A DNA stretch of 61,589 nucleotides, filler included. It is 8 parts of 8 records of this genome, joined end to end, with 100 filler letters (N's around TTAATTAATTAA, not from the genome) between each part and the next. Parts side by side here need not be neighbours in the genome. Positions count along the whole stretch, not along the records: positions 1 to 8,194 come from DRR723986_27824; positions 8,295 to 14,896 come from DRR723986_27829; 6 more parts are not named here. One strand, 5' to 3'. Positions 1 to 8,608 of this stretch are shown in pieces. The notes below the pieces were generated by a model that saw only the letters and a program-made list of their open reading frames with translations, was not told the origin of the DNA and ran no database searches. The position numbers and the translations under genes are program-made. Every line of letters begins with the position of its first letter. Within the stretch, counting starts at the first letter, position 1.

Positions 1-1
1 A

Positions 2-340
2 TCCGCCATGGTCGGCGAAAACGGTGAGCTAGAGCATGCGGCCGCAATCTTGCACCCAAAGCTTGGTGCCCCCCTGCGCAAAGAAGTAGAGAAAGGCGCC
101 GCTTTGGTTCCGTCGTCGAAAAAGATGGGCAGCCCCGGTCAGGTTCTGGATGTGCCTCTGGGCCACAAAGACGCGGCGTATGTGCGCAGCCACTTTGACG
201 GGATCGAAGTGCGGCTGAACGATGCCCCACGTGCCAATGAAATCATGGTTGCGGTTGCCGTGACCGACAGCGGGCGTCCTTTGCCCCGAGTTGGTGGCCT
301 GGAGCACGCGGACGCCAAAGGTACAGACGGGCTGCGTTAA
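2..340 (+). CDS. Amino acid synthesis family protein (DUF1185/AA_synth), 5'-truncated
   Basis: GELEHAAA..HP..G.PLR, DVPLGHKDAAYVRSHFD, DAPRANEI.VAVA..D.GRP motifs; frame open to the contig start. Confidence 0.85.
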   Translation, partial: SAMVGENGELEHAAAILHPKLGAPLRKEVEKGAALVPSSKKMGSPGQVLDVPLGHKDAAYVRSHFDGIEVRLNDAPRANEIMVAVAVTDSGRPLPRVGGLEHADAKGTDGLR

Positions 341-437
341 AGGGTTACGTTACGTCAATCACTTACTGACAATCACCAAGAAGCCGGGCACAACCGGCCT
401 TGCGAACAGAATAAATGATCTAACTGGAGGAAAATAC

Positions 438-1652
438 ATGTCATTAATCAGACGCACGGTATTAGGGGCGCTCGCTACTTTGCCCTTGGTGGGCTTTGCC
501 CCACAAGCTGCTCAGGCAGCTGACGAGATCGTTATTGGCGAGGTGAACAGCTACACGCGTCTTCCCGCCTTTACGGAACCCTACAAAAAGGGCTGGCAGC
601 TGGCGGTCGAACAAATCAATGCTGCTGGCGGCATCGACGGCAAGCAGCTCAAGGTCATCAGCCGCGACGACACGGGTGATCCAGCAACAGCCATCCGTAT
701 CGCCGAAGAGCTTGTATCCAAAGAAGGTGCGGCCCTGATCTTTGGCACGTTCCTGTCCAACATTGGTCTGGCAGTCGCAGATTTTGCGAAACAAAAAGAG
801 GTGCTTTTCCTTGCATCTGAACCACTGTCAGATGCGATTGTTTGGTCAAAAGGCAATAAGTACACTTATCGCCTACGCCCTTCGACCCACATGCAGGCTG
901 CGATGTTGGCGGAACAGGCTGCCAAGCTTGACGCCGTGAAATGGGCCACGATCGCGCCCAACTATGCCTATGGTCAAGATGCTGTAAAAGCCTTCAAATC
1001 CGAGCTTAGCCGCCTACGCCCCGACGTTGAATTCGTCACCGAACAGTGGCCACCTGTGTTCAAGATCGACGCGGGCTCAACCGTTCGCGCGCTCGAAGCA
1101 TCCAAGCCTGATGCGATCTTTAACGTAACCTTTGGGGGCGATCTGGCAAAGTTTGTCCGCGAAGGGTCGTTGCGCTTTCTCTTTGAGGATCGCGCAGTTG
1201 CGTCATTGCTGACTGGCGAGCCTGAGTACCTGCAGCCCCTTGGGAACGAAACGCCCGAAGGTTGGATTGTCACCGGCTACCCCGGCACAGACATCGCAAC
1301 TGATAGCCACGCCGCCTTTGCCAAGGCTTATATCGACATGTTTGGCGAAGAGCCCAAAACAGGCTCGATCGTTGGGTACAATTCGATCCTCTCGATTGCG
1401 GCAGCGCTGACCAAAGCCGGCTCGACCGACACGACTGCTCTACTGGCAGCAATGGACGGACTTGAAGTTGCAGACAGCCCTACCGGTCCTTTCACGTTCC
1501 GCGCAGCCGATCACCAATCCACAATGGGCGCCTATGTGGGCAAGACATCTCTCGTAGATGGCAAACCAAAGCTGGTTGATTGGAACTATGCCGACGGAGC
1601 CAGCTACCTGCCGACAGAAGAAGAGGCCGCAAAACTGCGCCCTGCTGACTAA
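438..1652 (+). CDS. ABC transporter substrate-binding protein (branched-chain amino acid/LivK-like family)
   Basis: GGAGG RBS before ATG 438; signal peptide with IRRTVL; INAAGGIDGK..K.ISRDD.GDP motif; followed by permease and ATPase genes. Confidence 0.9.
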   Translation: MSLIRRTVLGALATLPLVGFAPQAAQAADEIVIGEVNSYTRLPAFTEPYKKGWQLAVEQINAAGGIDGKQLKVISRDDTGDPATAIRIAEELVSKEGAALIFGTFLSNIGLAVADFAKQKEVLFLASEPLSDAIVWSKGNKYTYRLRPSTHMQAAMLAEQAAKLDAVKWATIAPNYAYGQDAVKAFKSELSRLRPDVEFVTEQWPPVFKIDAGSTVRALEASKPDAIFNVTFGGDLAKFVREGSLRFLFEDRAVASLLTGEPEYLQPLGNETPEGWIVTGYPGTDIATDSHAAFAKAYIDMFGEEPKTGSIVGYNSILSIAAALTKAGSTDTTALLAAMDGLEVADSPTGPFTFRAADHQSTMGAYVGKTSLVDGKPKLVDWNYADGASYLPTEEEAAKLRPAD

Positions 1653-1733
1653 CGAAACCTACAACTCACGAAACGTCGGGGGGCGGGCAATCGCCCTCTG
1701 ACACCCATATTCAAAAGCCAGGGAGGGGAATTC

Positions 1734-3590
1734 ATGGGCTTTTATTTCGCGCAGTTGCTGACGGGGCTCGCCAATGCGTCGTCGCTGTTCCTGATCGCAT
1801 CGGGACTTTCAATTATTTTTGGTGTGACCAGGATCGTGAACTTTGCCCATGGCTCGTTCTACATGGTCGGTGCATACTTGGCCTATACGCTGGTTACGAC
1901 CCTGAACGCAGGCATCTTTGGGTTCTGGTTCAGTGTTATCGCTGCAGCCCTGATCGTTGGGGTTATCGGTCTGTTGATCGAACTCACCATTTTGCGGCGC
2001 ATTTATCGCGCGCCTGAACTGTTCCAGTTGGTTGCCACATTCGGCGTCGTGTTGATCTTTCAAGATGGCACACTGGCTATTTGGGGTGCCGAAGATCTGT
2101 TGGGCCCACGTGCGCCCGGATTGGATCGCGCTGTCCGTATCATGGGGGAACCCATTCCAGAATATGATCTAGCTCTGATCTGTATTGGACCCGCTGTTTT
2201 GCTGGGAATCTGGCTCTTGTTTCATAAAACGCGTTGGGGTGTTCTGGTGCGCGCCGCGACACAGGATCGCGAAATGGTTGCCGCCCTTGGCGTGAACCAG
2301 GCCTGGCTCTTTTCTGCCGCCTTTGTGCTTGGTGCCTCTCTTGCTGGTCTTGGTGGCGCATTGCAAATCCCGCGTGAAGCCGCATCGCTGCAAATGGATC
2401 TGTCGATCATTGGCGAAGCCTTTGTCGTCGTCGTGATTGGCGGAATGGGCAGTGTGACAGGGGCCTTTGTGGCGGCAGTGTTGATTTCGGTTTTGAACGC
2501 TTTTGCCATTCTGATCTTTCCGCAAATTTCGATTGTCCTGCCCTTTATCGTCATGGCGGTTGTTCTGATCGTGCGTCCCTATGGATTGTTCGGAAAACCC
2601 GGCAGTGAACACGGTGGCACCGAAGACCCCGATCAACCTCTCAAACTGATGAGCAATCAGGCCTCAATGGTGCTGTTCGCAGCTGTGGCCATGCTTGCGC
2701 TCAGCCCCGTGGTTGTGGCGGATTTCACCACCATTCTGCTTGTTGATGTCATGGTAGCCACGCTCTTTGCGGTCTCACTGCATTTCATGATGGGAGTCGG
2801 AGGCATGGTCAGTTTTGGACATGCGGCCTACTTTGGCGTTGGCGCCTATGCGGCAGCTCTGTCTGTCACGTTGCTTGGGTTCAGTATGATCCCAGCCATG
2901 ATTATCGGGCCCATAGCAGCCGCAGCAGCCGCCTTGTTCTTTGGCTGGTTCTGCGTCCGCTTGTCTGGCGTTTATCTGGCAATGCTCACCATGGCCGCAG
3001 CACAAATCCTGTGGGGTGTCACCTTTCAATGGCAGGATTTCACTGGCGGAGATGACGGCATCTTGGGCGTCTGGCCCGCCAAATGGGCCAGTTCAGATCA
3101 GGTCTATTTCTACATTGCCTTTGTCCTGTGCATTGGTGGCATATGGTTCTTGCGTCGCGTCGCCCACTCGCCATTTGGCTATACGCTTCGCGGCATTCGC
3201 GACAGCAAAACCCGTGCCGAAGCGATTGGCGTCGACACCAAGTTCCATCAATGGATGGGCTTTACTCTGGCGGGGTCGCTTGCGGGTTTGGCCGGTGTGA
3301 TCTTTGCCTTTTCCAAAGGATCAGTTTTCCCAGACAGCCTTGGGATTGCGCAAAGCATCGATGGCCTGATCATGGTGCTGCTCGGTGGTATTCATGCATT
3401 GGCAGGACCGATCTTTGGAGCCGTGGCATTTGTTATGATCGAAGACTGGGTCACCCGGCTCGAGTATTGGCGCTTTATCTTTGGCGGGATCATTTTGGTT
3501 GTTGTTCTGCTAGCCCCTGATGGCATCGCAGGCGGTGTTCAAAGACTGCTGCGCGCTGTCTTGCCGACCAAGAAAGGAGACGCAGCATGA
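1734..3590 (+). CDS. Fused LivH/LivM-type ABC permease
   Basis: Two permease halves: GLSIIFG..RIVNFAHG and GMVSFGHAAYFGVGAY; many TM segments. Confidence 0.9.
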   Translation: MGFYFAQLLTGLANASSLFLIASGLSIIFGVTRIVNFAHGSFYMVGAYLAYTLVTTLNAGIFGFWFSVIAAALIVGVIGLLIELTILRRIYRAPELFQLVATFGVVLIFQDGTLAIWGAEDLLGPRAPGLDRAVRIMGEPIPEYDLALICIGPAVLLGIWLLFHKTRWGVLVRAATQDREMVAALGVNQAWLFSAAFVLGASLAGLGGALQIPREAASLQMDLSIIGEAFVVVVIGGMGSVTGAFVAAVLISVLNAFAILIFPQISIVLPFIVMAVVLIVRPYGLFGKPGSEHGGTEDPDQPLKLMSNQASMVLFAAVAMLALSPVVVADFTTILLVDVMVATLFAVSLHFMMGVGGMVSFGHAAYFGVGAYAAALSVTLLGFSMIPAMIIGPIAAAAAALFFGWFCVRLSGVYLAMLTMAAAQILWGVTFQWQDFTGGDDGILGVWPAKWASSDQVYFYIAFVLCIGGIWFLRRVAHSPFGYTLRGIRDSKTRAEAIGVDTKFHQWMGFTLAGSLAGLAGVIFAFSKGSVFPDSLGIAQSIDGLIMVLLGGIHALAGPIFGAVAFVMIEDWVTRLEYWRFIFGGIILVVVLLAPDGIAGGVQRLLRAVLPTKKGDAA

Positions 3591-4360
3591 GTTCTGTTTT
3601 GTCAGTTCGCAATCTGTCCAAAAGTTTTGGCGGGATCAAAGCGGTTCAAGACGTGAATTTCGACGTCGGTAAGGGCGAGTTTCTGGCCCTGATCGGCCCC
3701 AATGGGGCGGGCAAGACAACCTGTTTCAACATGCTGAATGGGTATCTGAAACCTAACACTGGTTCGGTCAAACTGAACGGTAAGGAACTGCTTGGCACCC
3801 CCCCGCGCAAAATTTGGCGCATGGGGGTTGGCCGGACATTTCAAATCACAGAAACCTTCTTGTCGATGACCGTGCTGGAGAACATCCAAATGGCGTTGAT
3901 CTCACATCATCGCAGGGTGTTTGATGTGTTTTCACGCGCCACGCGTTTGTATGTAGACGAAGCGATGGCTCTGCTGAAGCTGGTCAACATGGGTGAACAG
4001 GCCCAGCGCGCGTGCTCGGAACTGGCCTATGGCGATCTGAAACGCTTGGAACTTGCCATTGCTCTGGCGCATGAACCCGCATTGCTCTTGATGGATGAAC
4101 CAACCGCAGGCATGGCCCCGTCTGAACGCATCGCTTTGATGGCGCTGACGGCGGAAATCGTCGAACGTGAAGGGGTCAGCGTCGTGTTTACAGAACACGA
4201 CATGGACGTGGTGTTTGCCCATTCTCACCGCATCTTGGTCCTGAACCGTGGGGAACTGATCGCCGAAGGGACCGGCGAAGAAATTCGCGCGAACACCACT
4301 GTACAAGAGGTCTATTTGGGTGGCGGCACCCTTTTCGAAGAGGAGTTGGCCCATGCTTGA
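3587..4360 (+). CDS. ABC transporter ATP-binding protein (LivG-like)
   Basis: Walker A GPNGAGKT, LAYGDLKRLE signature, LLLMDEP, EHDM; ATGA overlap with the permease. Confidence 0.92.
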   Translation: MSSVLSVRNLSKSFGGIKAVQDVNFDVGKGEFLALIGPNGAGKTTCFNMLNGYLKPNTGSVKLNGKELLGTPPRKIWRMGVGRTFQITETFLSMTVLENIQMALISHHRRVFDVFSRATRLYVDEAMALLKLVNMGEQAQRACSELAYGDLKRLELAIALAHEPALLLMDEPTAGMAPSERIALMALTAEIVEREGVSVVFTEHDMDVVFAHSHRILVLNRGELIAEGTGEEIRANTTVQEVYLGGGTLFEEELAHA

Positions 4361-5054
4361 TGTTGCGAACCTGAATGCACGCTATGGTCGCGCGCAAATT
4401 TTGAACGGTGTGTCACTTTCCCTTGGGAAAAACGAGGTGGTTGCCGTCTTGGGGCGCAATGGGGCGGGCAAATCCACCACCATGAAATCCATCATGGGCA
4501 TGGTGCGCCAGAAAACGGGTCAAATCGCCTATGAAGGGTCCGACATTCTAGGCAAACCATCGCATATGATCTGCCGGGCAGGCGTCGGGTATGTTCCCGA
4601 GGAACGCCGTATTTTCGGGGATCTCACGATCGAAGAAAACCTAGAGGTAGGTCGCCGTGACAAGCGCGAAGATGCACCCGAATGGACCTTGGAGCATCTC
4701 TACGAGCTTTTCCCAAACCTGTTGGAGCGGCGCAAAAACCTGGGCAAGCAACTGTCAGGCGGCGAGCAGCAGATGCTGACCATTGCCCGCACCCTGATGG
4801 GCAACCCAAAGGTCGTTCTACTTGATGAGCCATCCGAAGGGATCGCGCCTGTTATTGTGGAACAAATGGCCAATGTCATCGCAGAGCTAAAGCGCGAAGG
4901 GTTGTCTGTGTTGATCTCGGAACAGAACCTTCACTTTGCCCGGTTGGTGTCAGATCGGGCCTATATCATCGAAAAAGGGCAGGTTTGCTATGAGGGGTCG
5001 TTTGAGCACCTCGACCAGCATCCTGAGATCTCACAGAAATACCTTGCTGTATAA
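4353..5054 (+). CDS. ABC transporter ATP-binding protein (LivF-like)
   Basis: GRNGAGKS, VPEERRIF, LSGGEQQML, LLDEPSEG, EQN; GAGGAG RBS before ATG 4353. Confidence 0.92.
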   Translation: MLDVANLNARYGRAQILNGVSLSLGKNEVVAVLGRNGAGKSTTMKSIMGMVRQKTGQIAYEGSDILGKPSHMICRAGVGYVPEERRIFGDLTIEENLEVGRRDKREDAPEWTLEHLYELFPNLLERRKNLGKQLSGGEQQMLTIARTLMGNPKVVLLDEPSEGIAPVIVEQMANVIAELKREGLSVLISEQNLHFARLVSDRAYIIEKGQVCYEGSFEHLDQHPEISQKYLAV

Positions 5055-5060
5055 TCAAAG

Positions 5061-5084
5061 ACCGGGCCGCAATGGCCCGGTTTT
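5061..5084 (+). terminator. Intrinsic terminator after the ABC operon
   Basis: ACCGGGCC-gcaat-GGCCCGGT stem followed by TTT. Confidence 0.6.
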
Positions 5085-5145
5085 ACCGTTGTTTGCATAC
5101 CCTTAGTTGTTATACTGCGAATGATAAATTGTAGTGGGTATAAGA

Positions 5146-5583
5146 ATGACAGATGCAGCAGAGCCGAATGAGAGCACCTATCGGTTAGACGATCAGGTGG
5201 GGTATCTGCTGCGATTGGCCAGCCAACGGCACGCCACGATTTTTCAATCGCGCACCCTTAATGGACTGACACCAACGCAATTTGGGGCCCTGCTCCGCAT
5301 CGCAGAGCAAGGACAGTGTTCACAAAATCACTTGGGGCGTCTGGCTGCGATGGATGTGGCCACGATCAAGGGCGTTGTTGACCGTTTACGCCAAAAGGGT
5401 CTGACCCTTGCGGAATCTGATCCCAACGACAAACGGCGAACCCTGATTTCTCTCTCCCCAGAGGGAGAGGAGATGGTCAGACAAATGGCAGAGGTCGGTC
5501 ACGCCATCACTGCCGAGACTTTAAAGCCCTTAACCGCAGCCGAACAACGTAACCTTATCAAGATCTTGCGAAAGATATCATGA
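5146..5583 (+). CDS. nicR: MarR-family regulator, NicR/BpsR-like
   Basis: YRLDDQVGYLLRLASQRHATIFQ..LTPTQF..D.ATIKGVVDRL..DPNDKRR matches my recollection of P. putida NicR; enamidase neighbour. Confidence 0.75.
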   Translation: MTDAAEPNESTYRLDDQVGYLLRLASQRHATIFQSRTLNGLTPTQFGALLRIAEQGQCSQNHLGRLAAMDVATIKGVVDRLRQKGLTLAESDPNDKRRTLISLSPEGEEMVRQMAEVGHAITAETLKPLTAAEQRNLIKILRKIS

Positions 5584-6693
5584 TCTGACCGGCTTTTGCG
5601 GTGACGCTTTGGCCAAGCTGAGTTCTGAGCGCGAAAAGGTTATCGGTGTGCGCAGTCCGGGCACACCTTCGGGGGCGATTTCCATGTTGCGGTGCTTAAT
5701 CTGAGGATCATTCAAGGCTTCGGCCACAGAATTGATCGGGCCACCCGGAACAGCCCCTTGTTCCAGTGCCGCGAGCAGATCTGCTTTGCCCCAAGCCGCA
5801 CACGCATTGGTCAAGAGTTCCGTCAATTCATCGCGATGCGCGACTCGATCCGCGTTGCTTAGGAAACGCGGATCTTTGACCAACTCAGGCACATTTAGAA
5901 TGTCACACAGCGTTCCATATTGCCGGTCATTGCCACAGGCAATGATGATATGCCCATCATTCACAGGGAACACCTGATACGGCACGATATTTGGATGCGC
6001 ATTGCCCAGACGTTTCGGGCATTCCCCAGACGCCAAGAAATTCATCCCTTGGTTCGCCAACACCCCCGTCATGCAGTCGAGCAGGCTCAGGTCGACATGT
6101 TGCCCCTGCCCCGATCGATCCCGTTCTGCCAAAGCGGCTTGAATACCAATGACCCCGTAAAGCCCAGTAAAGATATCCGCAAACGCGATACCAATTTTCT
6201 GTGGCTCGCCACTCGGATCCCCCGTCAGGTCCATAACACCGCTCATGCCTTGGATCAGAAAATCGTATCCTGCCCGATGCGCGTAAGGCCCATCCTGACC
6301 AAACCCCGTCACCGAGCAATAGACCAGACGTGGATTGATCTCCTTCATACTCTCGTAATCAAGGCCAAATTTCTTTAACCCACCAACCTTGAAATTCTCA
6401 ACCAACACATCTGCGTCGCGGATCAGCTCCACCAGCTTTGCACGATCCTCTGCATCGCCAAAGTTCAGCGCGATACTGTCCTTGCCCCGATTGGCGGCAT
6501 GAAAATAGGCTGCGGTCTTTTCCCCCTCGCGATCAATGAACGGAGGGCCCCATTTGCGGGTATCATCGCCATCCGGGCTTTCGATCTTGAGCACCTCGGC
6601 CCCTAAATCTGCCAGAGTTTGACCGATCCACGGACCTGCCAGAATCCGTGCCAATTCGATCACTTTAAGACCCTGTAACGGCGTGCTCATCAT
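5578..6693 (-). CDS. CaiB/BaiF family (class III) CoA transferase
   Basis: PLQGLKVIELARILAGP..LADLGAEV.KIE..GDDTR.WGPPF, ANRGK.SI, GFGQDGPY..RAGYD. Confidence 0.92.
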   Translation of the reverse strand: MMSTPLQGLKVIELARILAGPWIGQTLADLGAEVLKIESPDGDDTRKWGPPFIDREGEKTAAYFHAANRGKDSIALNFGDAEDRAKLVELIRDADVLVENFKVGGLKKFGLDYESMKEINPRLVYCSVTGFGQDGPYAHRAGYDFLIQGMSGVMDLTGDPSGEPQKIGIAFADIFTGLYGVIGIQAALAERDRSGQGQHVDLSLLDCMTGVLANQGMNFLASGECPKRLGNAHPNIVPYQVFPVNDGHIIIACGNDRQYGTLCDILNVPELVKDPRFLSNADRVAHRDELTELLTNACAAWGKADLLAALEQGAVPGGPINSVAEALNDPQIKHRNMEIAPEGVPGLRTPITFSRSELSLAKASPQKPVRS

Positions 6694-6704
6694 TCGTGCC
6701 TTTC

Positions 6705-6739
6705 AAAAAAATCCCCAGCGCCCTGCGGGCCACTGGGGA
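6705..6739 (-). terminator. Terminator-like hairpin between the enamidase and CoA transferase genes
   Basis: Minus strand TCCCCAG..GCCC-gca-GGGC..CTGGGGA followed by T7. Confidence 0.5.
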
Positions 6740-6762
6740 ACAGTCTCGGGGAGTTTCTGTTG

Positions 6763-7929
6763 TTAACTGACGACTTCCGGCAAGCGCGTGGCCGGAGGCG
6801 TGTTGCGGCTACGGTGGCTTGTCACCGCCCCGTCGATGATGGTCATGCCTACACCGGGCAAATTGCCCAGCTGCACGGATTCAAGCATGTTCTTGCCCGG
6901 CGCGTGCTGGGCCTGATCCATCAGTACGAAATCAGCGCACATCCCGACCTCAATCAGGCCGGTGTCCAGTTCGCGTTGACGCGAGGTGTTTCCGTTCGCA
7001 AAACAAAACGCGATTTCCGCCGGGACATCCCCGAGCGAAGACAACATCGCTACCATCCGCATGATCCCAAGCGGTTGAACACCAGACCCGGCAGGACCAT
7101 CAGTACCTAGGATAATACGATCCATTTGTTTGAGTTCGCGCGCTGTATTCAACGTCAACAAAGCGGCCCGTTCGTTGCCGTTGTGCACGATTTCCAGGCC
7201 GGCCGTGCAGCTTTCGCACAAGCACATGATCTGATCATCAGGCAGGGCCGAATGCCCGCCGTTAATGTGCCCAATCACATCTGTCCCGGTTTCCAACACC
7301 ATATCCGCATCAATCAGGCCCGACCCCGGAATCGATGGTCCGCCAGTGTGAATGGTAGACTGAATGCCATATTTTCGGGCCCAATCGACCATCTGCTTGG
7401 CCGTTTTGCCGTCTTTGACAGTCCCAAGGCCAACCTCACCCAGCAGCTTAACACCAGCGTCGGCCATTTCTTTGAAATCTTCTTCGACCATACCGTGCTC
7501 AATCACGGGGGCACCCGCGTGAACCTTCATGCCTGAGGGTCGAAAATTTTCGTACCAACGCTGCGCCGCAATCGCCATCGCCTTGAGGCCAACGATATCT
7601 TTAGGGCGGCCCGGCATGTGGACTTCGCCCGCAGAAATCAGAGTGGTCACCCCGCCATGAAGAGTTGAATCGATCCAATGCAATTGCTGTTGGCGCGGGG
7701 TGTAATCCCCCACCACAGGGTGAATGTGGCTGTCAATCAACCCCGGGGCCAGCGCAACTCCATGCGCATCAACAACCGTATCCGCGTGTTCGCAATCCAG
7801 ATCTTTTTCATAACCCCATTCAGCAATTTTGCCATCCACAGCAATCAGGCAATCGCCGTCCAGAATCGGTTGCTCCATCTTCCCAGACAGCAACAACCCA
7901 ATGTTTTTTATGACAAGCTTTCCAGTCAT
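6763..7929 (-). CDS. ena: Enamidase-like amidohydrolase
   Basis: IKNIG...SG, PGLIDSHIH, GDYTPRQ, LHGGVTT.ISAG, PGRPKD, GEVGLGT, HTGG.SIPGS, HINGG, SRNTPPA; colinear with Eubacterium barkeri enamidase as I recall it. Confidence 0.88.
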   Translation of the reverse strand: MTGKLVIKNIGLLLSGKMEQPILDGDCLIAVDGKIAEWGYEKDLDCEHADTVVDAHGVALAPGLIDSHIHPVVGDYTPRQQQLHWIDSTLHGGVTTLISAGEVHMPGRPKDIVGLKAMAIAAQRWYENFRPSGMKVHAGAPVIEHGMVEEDFKEMADAGVKLLGEVGLGTVKDGKTAKQMVDWARKYGIQSTIHTGGPSIPGSGLIDADMVLETGTDVIGHINGGHSALPDDQIMCLCESCTAGLEIVHNGNERAALLTLNTARELKQMDRIILGTDGPAGSGVQPLGIMRMVAMLSSLGDVPAEIAFCFANGNTSRQRELDTGLIEVGMCADFVLMDQAQHAPGKNMLESVQLGNLPGVGMTIIDGAVTSHRSRNTPPATRLPEVVS

Positions 7930-7963
7930 CGTTTCCTCCGGTTGCGAAAAATCGCGAAAATTA

Positions 7964-8082
7964 TCGTTTGCATACTAATGTATTGCGACAACGCGTCAAG
8001 CATAGGATACCCTAAATCCAGAAGCTGGAAATACATATTGACAGAGTTCGGCGATTCCGAATAATCATTCGTACACAAATGA
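7964..8082. promoter_or_regulatory. Two inverted copies of a candidate MarR/NicR operator in the divergent ena/fdxA spacer
   Basis: TCGTTTGCATACTAATG (7964-7980) vs reverse complement of 8066-8082, TCATTTGTGTACGAATG: 13/17 identical; core GTTTGCATAC also at 5091-5100. Confidence 0.5.
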
Positions 8083-8095
8083 ATGGAGAGCCTGA

Positions 8096-8194
8096 ATGAC
8101 CTACGTCGTGACCGACAATTGCATCAACTGCAAATTCACCGACTGCGTCGAGGTCTGCCCTGTCGATTGTTTTTACGAAGGTGAAAACACTCTG
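8096..8194 (+). CDS. fdxA: Ferredoxin FdxA, N-terminal part (truncated by contig end; absent from the ORF track)
   Basis: Manual translation [42 protein letters not shown]. Confidence 0.92.
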
Positions 8195-8294
8195 NNNNNN
8201 NNNNNNNNNNNNNNNNNNNNNNNNNNNNNNNNNNNNNNTTAATTAATTAANNNNNNNNNNNNNNNNNNNNNNNNNNNNNNNNNNNNNNNNNNNN
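8195..8294. other. Artificial contig linker
   Basis: 44 N + TTAATTAATTAA (stops in six frames) + 44 N. Confidence 0.99.
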
Positions 8295-8295
8295 G

Positions 8296-8430
8296 CCGAT
8301 ACGCGGCTATCGTGATGCCGGAACGTTGACGCAGGAAATTGAGGCAGGCGGCCTAAGGTCTGGTCAATATATTCTGGTGATGCGCGCTGGCAAAGAATCT
8401 GTGTCGCAAAAGTTTGCGATTGTTAAGTGA
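8296..8430 (+). CDS. C-terminal T9SS sorting-domain tail of an upstream paralog (5'-truncated; absent from the ORF track)
   Basis: Manual translation PIRGYRDAGTLTQEIEAGGLRSGQYILVMRAGKESVSQKFAIVK* aligns to the end of 10647..12764 (RKAGTFSQEINAGGLASGQYTLVISAGDKTVTQQFSVVR). Confidence 0.8.
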   Translation, partial: PIRGYRDAGTLTQEIEAGGLRSGQYILVMRAGKESVSQKFAIVK

Positions 8431-8608
8431 GGCTAATTGCTACATTGGATTCAGCTGGAATGCCGCTGACCTCTTGAACGTTTTGGCCTGAGTTCTCAAG
8501 CTCCCACCGGCTTGGGGACTCCGGCGTTTTGGATTCTGGATTGAGGCTCGGTTGCGGGTTCAGTGACTGAGGGTCTGCCGGCAATTGCACTGGGGATTCA
8601 AAGCGGGT

